A stretch of DNA of 64,000 nucleotides from the human T2T-CHM13v2.0 reference genome, Homo sapiens, in the NCBI RefSeq assembly GCF_009914755.1, contig NC_060945.1. The stretch is one strand, 5' to 3'. Under the pieces are notes generated by a model. It made no database searches. It had not been told where the DNA came from and saw only the letters and a program-made list of their open reading frames with translations. Within the stretch, counting starts at the first letter, position 1, and each line of letters begins with the position of its first letter. The position numbers and the translations under genes were made by a program. Below are positions 53,483 to 64,000 of the stretch, one piece after another.

Positions 53483-54850
53483 TGTATTAGTCCATTTGCA
53501 TTGCCATAAATACCTGAGACTGGGTAATTTACAAAGAAAAGAGGTTTACTTAGGCTCATCGTTCTGCAGGCTGCACAAGCATAACAGCAACATCTGCTCA
53601 GCTTCTGGTGAGGGAATCAGGGAGCTGACAATCATGGCAAAAGGCGAAGTGGGAGCAGGCATTGCACATGGCAGGAAAATGAGCATGAGAGAAGGGAGGA
53701 AGAAAGTGAGAAGAGGAAATACCAGACTCCTTTAAACAACCTCACCTGAACTCATTACTATGGAAAGACAACAAACCATTCATAAGGGATCCTCCCCCAT
53801 GACCTCAACACCTCCCACCAGGCCCCACCTCTAACCTTGGGAATCACATTTTAACATGAGATTTGGAGGGGACAAACATCCAAACCATATCATTCTGTCC
53901 CTAACCTCCCAAATTGCCTGTCCTCCTTACATTGCAAAACACAATAATCTGTTTCCAATAGTCCCCAAAGTCTCAACTCCTTCTAGCATCAACTCAGCAA
54001 AAAGTCCAAAGTCTAAAGTCTTATCTGAGACTCAAATTTCTTCCACCTATAAGCCTGTAAGATCAAAAACAAGTTATTTACTTCCAAGATAAAATGGTGG
54101 TATAGGCAATGGGTGAACATTCCCATTCCAAAAGGGAGAAATCAGCCAAAAGAAAGAGACAACAGGCCCCATGCAAGTCTGTAACCCAGAAGGGCAGACA
54201 TTAAACCTTAAAGTTCCAGAATAATCTTCTTTGGCTCCAGGTCCTGGGCACACTGGTGTGAGGAACAGACTCCCAAGGCCTTGGGCAGCTCTGTCTTCAC
54301 GGCTTTGCAGGGTATATAGCCAGCGTGGCTGCTGACAGGTTAGGGTTGAGTGCTTCTGGCTTTTTCAGACATGGGATGCAAGATGCCCATGGATCTACCA
54401 TTCTGGGGGCAGGAGGGCTGTGGTCCCTTCCCCTCTGTGTTATTTTGTCTGTTTTGCTATAAAGAAATACCTGAGGCTAGGTACTTGATAAAGAAAAGAG
54501 GTTTATTTTGGCTTATGGTTCTATAGGCTGTACGAGCATAACACCAGCATCTGACCAGCTTCTGGTGAGGGCAGCAGGGAGCTTACAATCATGGCAGAAG
54601 GGGAAGTGGGAGCAGGCATCACACATGGCAGGAGAGTGAGCATGAGAGAAAGGAGCAAGAGAGCAAGAGGAGGAAGTATTAGGCTCCAACAACCAGCTCT
54701 CAACTGAACTCATTACTATGAGGAAGGCACCAAGCCATTCATGAGGGATCCTCCCCCATGACCCCAACATCTCCCACAAGGCCCCCTATCCAACACTGGG
54801 AATCACATTCAACATGGGATTTGGAGGGAACAAATATCCAAACCATATCA
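53483..54850 (-). mobile_element. MSTB-like MaLR provirus: two LTRs (53483-53892, ~54438-54850) around a ~545-bp truncated internal region
   Basis: Two direct LTR copies ending ccaaaccatatca; 5-bp TSD cgtgt/catgt. Confidence 0.85.
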
Positions 54851-55164
54851 CATGTATTCAAAGGTGCTGTAGGAAGTCCCAAGAATTAACAATCTACACT
54901 ACTTTTCATTAAGACACTTAGAATCAAATTAAGGAAATAGTAGATGTGCACATAGAACAATACAGCAAATGTGTCAGAGAGAAATTCTATCTCAATCAAT
55001 CAACGTGTCAATAACTTTGAGCAACCATCATGTGTCAGGCACATTCTGCATAGTGAAAAAAGACAGAAAAGTTTCCGGACCTCAGAGAACTTACCAGTGG
55101 CATTATCAGATCTAGTCACTAAAGTAATAATAATCTAATGTGTTCATGCCAGTGTTGGTTTTAG

Positions 55165-55525
<361 letters not shown>

Positions 55526-55902
55526 ATCTCTGTCCCCTTCTTATCTGTGGTATTTCATCCTGACCTTTCTCTTTGACTCTACTAAATTTTAACTAAAAAC
55601 AAAATAGGCTCTTGTAAAAATTAATAGCATCATAATTTAAAGTGAGTCTGGGAAATTCTTTTCACTCACTATACAAAGATATAGCCCAACCCCCCAAACC
55701 ACGTAGATAATCCAAGTGAAAACATAGAGAACATATACTTCACAAGGGTCTGCTTTGTCCCCTGCTTAATACTTAATGCCTCTACAGAGCATGATTCCAG
55801 TCTGTGCCCTAATCGTATTGGCTGAATGCATAAAGAAATGAAGAGTTGGCACACTTCAGAAACTTTCCCAAGTCATGTTTACATTAAGAATGACTTGTGC
55901 CA

Positions 55903-56298
<396 letters not shown>

Positions 56299-58193
56299 TC
56301 AGGTAAGTAATATTAGAACGTTCATTTTCTTAAAATTCCATATTTTCTTTACAAGTATGAATTATGACAGAAAGTGATGTTGTTTTGTTTTTGTTCTTAA
56401 TAGTGCTAAGCATCTGACTTATTTCTTGAAACCTGTTTTGCAATATTTGGGTCTTATTATAACCTAAGTTGTCAGTCTCTTTAAAACAGGGATCATGTCT
56501 TAAAAGATTCATTTTCCCCCATAGCATCCAGCATGGTGCCTTATGCTTAGTGAAATTCTAATGATTACTTGGTGAGTTGAAATCAATCAAATAATCAGTC
56601 AGTCAAGAAAAACAAAGCCACAATGGTTGAATCATTCAAAATATTAATAAAGAGAATAAAAAAATTATCACTGCAGTCATATCTGTACTCTTGGTAATAT
56701 ACAACCTCATTTGGGGTTGGGCTTATATAAACAATTAGGTGAGGGAGTGCATGTAATTGTGTATAAAAAACCTGTAAGAAACCGCTATATTCAGAAATAC
56801 CTAAAACCACAGTCAAATAAAGACTACAACATATATTATAGCCAAAAATCAAGGGCTATTTGAAGAAACTCACATTGTATTTTTCAACACTTTTTATAGA
56901 TACTATTTCTGCAACTGATATTTATTAAAGAACTACTCTAATTTAAACTCAATACATTTGCAAGTCACTTTCCTTCCTGCTGCACCTTTTCCCCATTTTC
57001 TAAGACAGAAGGACACACAATTATTGATGTAACCAGGTCTCCATGTAAGGCTATAGCCACAGTTGTAGCCAGAATATCCTATCTTTCTTTTCAATAAAAT
57101 AATTTGGAGAGAAACAGCCATGAATATTTAAAAAATTCAAGAATAATCACAATAAAACCTATCAAATTTTAACAAATTAAAATTGGTGTAAAATTAAATA
57201 CATGTCTGCCATAGGAACACAGAAAGAATGAAAAAGAAAAAATAGCTGCTAAAATCTGCTTCAGCCCCTTCTCTGCCTCCATTCTAGTTATCTGTTCCAT
57301 TCCCATTTTCCTCCTCAATGACTCTTCTAGTCATCTGCAAATAACCCCTGTGTCTGATGTTTACTGTTCTTCATTATCGGACACTATTGGCCATCGCCAC
57401 TTCCACTCTACTGAAGTGCTCGTTCAGACTTCACCAGTGCCACCCTCATTATTAAACGTAATAGTTTTTTTCATCACTCTGAAATTTATCTTTCCTTTCT
57501 AAACTGTGTGCTATCGGACTATCTCTCTGCTCCCTACTTAAAACCCTTTTCCCTTGAACTTCTTGTGAAGTGTTTATTTGACCAGGTATCGTCCTGGATC
57601 TTTCCACATCCATCTCACTATAGGTTCTCTGTTTCTATTTCCTTCTATCCAGTCTTCAAATGTGGGCATCTCTCAGAATGGAATAGCAGGCTTTCATTTA
57701 CTTAAAGAATATTCCCTTCCAAGATGATTCCATCTACTTTCCTGTTTTTCACTATCAATTTGGCAGGCAATTAAAAAATTTGCATTTGAAATTTTAACTG
57801 TTCTTCCAAGAAAAGTCCTAAATGTCAGGTAATTAATTCATAAGCATCCCTTGCCACATGCGTTAGCCATCAATATCTCAAATTTTATATCTCAGGCTTG
57901 TTAAAATTTGAACTTATGGTTACATCTCCTTATTGGAATTAATACAAACGATTATTTCAGTTACTATGACTGAGTATCTTGGTATCAGTCTGATATTTAT
58001 CTTTTTGTTAATTTTCGCTACCAATCAGAATCAGATTATTTTATACTACTCCTAAAATGTACCACATAGCCACCCTATCTTTTCATTTAAATTCTACTAT
58101 TTTAAATAGGCCTGTGTGACCTCTAGCTAGGTAATGTTCCAGTAATTTCCCTGTTTCTAATTTCTTTCCACATCAGCTTAGTCTCTGCATTGA

Positions 58194-58529
<336 letters not shown>

Positions 58530-60923
58530 AAGAGTTGCCTTCTTAAAAAGTCAAGGTATCACCATTCTTCCCCTTAAAGACATTCATTGGGTTGCCAATA
58601 ATAATAGTAACAATAGTAAATATTTCTTGACAACTTAGTATTTGTTAAGACACATGATACACACTTTACTTCAGAAACCAAAAACTGTGGGTCAAAGTGG
58701 GCCTGCATCATTCATCGATTCACTCATCACTCATTTGTTCAGAGTATTTATGAAGCATCTTTGCATGTTAGTCACTGTTCTGTGTTTCTTCAACTGACAT
58801 ATGTTGATTGCTTCAGTATTTTTAAAAATTTGAATAGGTTTCAACATTTTTAAATGGAGAGATTAAAAGATATTTTGCTTAAAAAAAAAAAACAAAAACC
58901 CGTGAGGCACAGTATGACTCTTTCAGGACAGCAATCTATTTAATCTGTAGATATTTTCTTTCACCCTGAGATATTGTTTCCATTTTACTGCAGGTCATCA
59001 CTTTCTTGTGAACTGAGCACTAATGACATTATAATTTTTTAGTATGCTTGCACTACTTTCTATTGTAAACATTCATATTTATTAAGCCATAGTCTCTAAT
59101 AAAACTAATAATAACATTACTAAAAGGGCTCTATATTTTTTAAAAATATGAATGAGAGAACAATTCTTTGTGAAGGAAGAGGATTTCTACCTATTGAATA
59201 TACTAACCAAATGTGTCGCTGTGGAAAATGAATGCAACTTAAGATGCCATTTGAAATTGACATACTGAGACTTTGGGTGTGGCTCCCTTTTACTCATTGG
59301 CTATTATTGTTTAAGCATGCGGTTTGGGATTTGCATGCTCTTTCTTATTTCTCACAACTCTTCATATTAGGTACTAGAAATCAGAAAAAAAAAAAAAAAA
59401 AAACACAAAACATGTCCAAGAACACATACCTAATAATCTTTCAAGCCAGCACTCACGCTTAGCTCTGTTGAAGCCAAAGCCTGTGCTTTTTCATTAGAGT
59501 TCTTTCGTATGATAATCTATGATTTGCTTCCAAGCTACTTTTGCTGATTCATTTCTTCCCGCACTCCAAAATGTTCATTGCTTTCTCCTTATGTAGTACT
59601 TTTATATACTTTACTTTTGTTTGTACCGTTGTTCTCTTTTTAAATGTTGAGACGTTAGACTCTATCCAAGCCTGTTCTTACCTTCCTTCTCCCAGAAGTG
59701 GCCTGCTGTTCTGTGAGAGTGGTGCTTGCATTATGGTAACCATTTTTCTCTTTGTACCATGGGAACTCATCTGTGTTTCCTATGACTTGAGTACAAACTT
59801 CATTAAGTCAGAAAGTCAGCTTGTGGCAGATTTTGTTTTTAACGTAATACAGCATCCAGCCCAATTTTTTTTTTATTACATAGTAGGTACTCCATTAATG
59901 TTTATTGCATTCTACTTAATATAATTAGAGAGGGTTACCTATATAAACAATGTTTCAAGTAATGATTTCTACAATATTGCTCTCCTTTCTAACTTTATGG
60001 CCATTAACAAATATGGAATTACTTGTTACATGACACAATAATCATTGTATGTGTAACCTTCTATTTCTTTAAGAAATAGTGAATGGGTTCTAATGGGATT
60101 AGTGACTGACATTATATTTGGGGTACATGCTTAGTACATGTTCAATGAAATGTGAATTATTGCATCAATAAATAAATATTGAAACTTACAGGTAATCATA
60201 ACTAGTTTAACATTGATGGTGGGGGTCAAAAAGTGTTTGTACTTTTTTGCCAATCCTTCATTGTTTCACTAAAGGAATGAGAATATGGTATACTCAAAGT
60301 GATGACTTTCTGAGACGTTCTACAATTGACTTTTCCTTATGAAAGCAGTGTTGCTAAGCAACACTTGTGCATTGGTATATTTCTTTCCCAAACTTTCTAT
60401 CACAAGGACAGCCCAGGATTTTTTCAATTGTAATCACCGGACTCTCTTGAGAAGTAAACCACAACATAGCCACCAAGCTATGCTTCATAGTTTGCATTGA
60501 ATTTGATGGAAGATGAACACTCCACTTGACCCCCAAATACACAGGTGATTGCCAGCAGGGACAGTTCCAAAGTGCAAATGGAGTATGATTTATGACACAC
60601 GTCAGAAATTACACCAGTTGCTGGTTTTCATTATGTTGCCTAACTCTGATCTGCATGAGGTACCTGCCTTACAAAGGGTATGCACTGGAAGGCTCATAAA
60701 AAATCATGTGTTCTGTTATTGAGACACAACTTCTGTTTCCTTCAAGTTTAAACGTCAAAAATCACCTGGCTGACAAATCTCTTTCTCTAGAATATTGATG
60801 CACTGTACACTAAGACTCTGGCATGCTTCCTCAAGGAAGAATAAGAAAAGATTTTCATATTAAATGTTTCCATTTTCCATGTGCCCTGACATTATACTAT
60901 CCCCTTTTCTTTTAGTTGGCTAA

Positions 60924-61389
<466 letters not shown>

Positions 61390-61559
61390 CTGTATGTTCT
61401 TAAATATTTCTAATCTGTCATTTATTTTAATGGGAATTGTTCTCAGTAAGGTCCCAAAGATTCTTAGCAAACTAGCAGTGTAGCATAACACACAAAGCAC
61501 GTGAGTCTTGGAAAACTGGGTCGTGAACATCTTAATTTGCAAGAGTTTCTACTTCAGTA

Positions 61560-61833
61560 GAAATGTCAGGCTTCACAGAACAAAGATTTTAGGCTTAGAA
61601 ATAATGAAAGTTTTCGAAGAGTTTTATTCCAATCATAAAATGGCTCTCAGTTGGTCTATAAGTGATACTTAAAGTAGAAACTCCCAGCCAACTTCAAGTG
61701 TTTGGGCTCCAGAATAATATGATGAGAAACCAGAAGCAGTCTTAGAACACAGCCAGGAGCTCAACTAGGTGATGAGGAAGACAGTGAGTGAATGGAAAGG
61801 TTCTGAAAATGAGTTTCCGAAGTGGTAAGAGAT
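61560..61833 (-). pseudogene. Decayed KRTAP13/15-like remnant
   Basis: ATC TCT TAC CAC TTC GGA AAC (cf. ATG TCT TAC AAC..GGA AAC); PNT* (cf. PNTC); tagaccaactgagagcca 14/18 identical to KRTAP15-1 gagacctactgtgagccc; PKIFVL*S (cf. PRTSILCS). Confidence 0.5.
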
Positions 61834-62148
61834 GCCCCCTGGTGTACAGAAGGAATCACTGCAGCCTTTTTTTGCTTTGGTCAGCAACAACAAAAAATGA
61901 CAAAGGTATGTCTATAATCATATCCATATTGGATATTTATAGGGCTTGTTACACGGTGAAAAAGTTATACAGATTCTGTCTACAACCATGATTTTTTCCC
62001 CTTCAAACGCTGTCTTCTTTATAACTCTTTAACAAACACCTCATTTATGTTACCTCTACTGGTGAAATCATCTGCCCTCTAGCAATGCTGAGCCACTTTT
62101 AGCACAGAGAAAGTGGACTTTATGAATCAGAAGATATTGTAAATTAGG

Positions 62149-62228
62149 AAAGCATGTTCTGTGAAGGGCAGCCAATTCTGTGAAAGCATGTTCTGTGAAG
62201 GGCATGTTCTGTGAAGGGCTGCTAATTC
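62149..62228. repeat. Short tandem duplication of gcatgttctgtgaagg
   Basis: Three full copies and one partial copy. Confidence 0.85.
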
Positions 62229-64000
62229 CCTTTTTCAGAGTTTACTCTCCTTTTGGATTATCCTTTAACATTTTATCCTTCCAAAGCCTAGCTCATCTCC
62301 CATGAAATGCCTTATTCTCCACAGCAGCAGGATTGTAAAATTTACCTTCCTTAGGGTTTGTGGCATTATACAGCTCATGATGAAAGAGATAAAGGTATGA
62401 GGAAGATGAGAGAAAAGTGGCTTCCTTACTTGACTGCTCCCTCTTCACCATATTCCACTAGATTGGGTTCCATTATTTTAACCCTGGATCTTATGAATTT
62501 GCCTTCAATAAAGTGACTTTGTTGTTAATTATCTACTCAGATTATGGCCTTTGTTTAACAACCAAACACAAAGTATTATTGGTATCCATACCATCTAAAA
62601 TTAGGTATACTGAAAACAAATGCTATAGATAACTTCACAATTGCCTTATGCTAGAGGCTCCCTGCATGTTCTAGTAAAAAAAACTGATGATTTCAATCAA
62701 GATCCATTTTTTCTCTCTTTAATTCAGGGTCTTAGAACTCTATTGAGTTTTACCAAACTTATACTCAGTCAGTGAATTACTCTAATTAACCAGTGAAGAC
62801 AACAAACTCAATCTACCATCTCTCTCAGCCCACAACTCATCCAGATATCACTCCTGATGCATGCTTTCTGGCAATAACAAGAAGTAGTAAGAAGAGCAAA
62901 CATGGATTTTAGATCAAGATTCTAATCCTAATTTTACAACCTATTGGCTGTGAGGTCTTGGAAAAGTTACTTAGCCTCTCTGATTCAGTTTCTTTATTCT
63001 TACAATGGGAATCATAATGTTTTCAGAGTTTATGTAAGGCATTTAAAGTATGTGCTTAAATTAAGTAATCAATGGTTGTCCTATTTTGGTATACAATGTT
63101 TCTATTATTATACTTGTCACTTCTAAGTTTCTTAGCATATTTAATGCTAGTTAATCTCATTTCTCTTTTCTCCATCTATATTTTTCTCTCTATTAATTGT
63201 TTTGAACGACTCAATACTTTATAAAGTCACCCATGGACGTTTCAGTACCTTTTACTCAAACAGAAAAAGCAAAGAAGCGGAGAAGTGCACCAAGTGAGAA
63301 CTGACAGAGTTATATAAAATTTTCCTTAGATCTAAAAATTTATACAAATTATCTAGCCCTAATCATGGTACTTCACAGTTTGATAAAAACCCTACTCATC
63401 TAAACAGGAGTTTATTAAACTTAACAGAAGCTGATTTTTAAACACTAAATCAAAGACAAATGTTGTGATTAACTTTCAGTGAGCAATTAGGTAAATATGA
63501 GAAACTAGTAAACTCCTTGTTTCCTACCCATTGTATGACAAGGGTAAAAGCAATTTAACAAAATATTTCTTTTGTTTCCTTTGTACTTCTCAGTTTGATG
63601 ACTGAAGATTCAATTCTCTTCCTTTAGAGACTCAAAGAAAATACACAGGAGGGGATACATTTGAAATTATACCTTCAAAATGTCAGTGACACTAACTGAT
63701 GAACACTTAAGCAGAAACAATCAACTTTAATACTTTTCAACACATATAAAAATATATTCCTGTTTTATTTCTTTCTTGATTTTAGGTTAGATTCTTAAAA
63801 TCCTTTCAGCCACATTATCTGCATTCAACAAGGAATATATTCCTTTCAATATTGATACAGATGAAGATTGACACAAATATGTTAAATGGCCTGCAGGGAT
63901 AGTCTTCACATATAAGGAAGAAAGTTTAAAGTCAGATGTAAATACGCATGTGCATTTGTTCAAACATCAACACTTTACTTGATATTTACAAAACTGAGGA

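Noticed and set aside
56780-57121. GYSGYNCGYS motif suggesting a Gly/Tyr-rich KRTAP
   Set aside because: About 10 residues only, with no typical start or promoter.
62149-62228. CRISPR-like array
   Set aside because: Eukaryotic tandem slippage repeat without unique regular spacers; no CRISPR, tRNA or rRNA genes were seen in the window.

Overview
Human (hominid) genomic DNA from the chr21q22.1 keratin-associated-protein (KRTAP) cluster, recognised from the translated proteins. It holds three intact single-exon PMG-family genes: KRTAP13-3 (-), KRTAP13-4 (+) and KRTAP15-1 (+). A lightly damaged pseudogene (probably KRTAP13-5P, -) lies head-to-head with KRTAP15-1. The rest is repeat-rich: a nested stack of old L1 > primate L1 > MER41 ERV > AluY, plus MaLR LTRs, hAT elements and many Alus. 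Three observations go beyond this inventory. (1) The predicted 3' UTR of KRTAP13-3 contains a 70-nt inverted copy of its own coding sequence (67/70 identical), so the mRNA can fold into a long CDS:UTR duplex. (2) Several heavily decayed KRTAP13/PMG-like gene fossils lie in the intergenic DNA: well supported at 4.3, 19.6, 25.9 and 61.6 kb, with weaker candidates elsewhere. (3) KRTAP15-1 stops at an apparently premature TAA that is followed by an intact 12-codon family-type tail. All alignments were done by eye, and comparisons with sequences outside the window are from memory.
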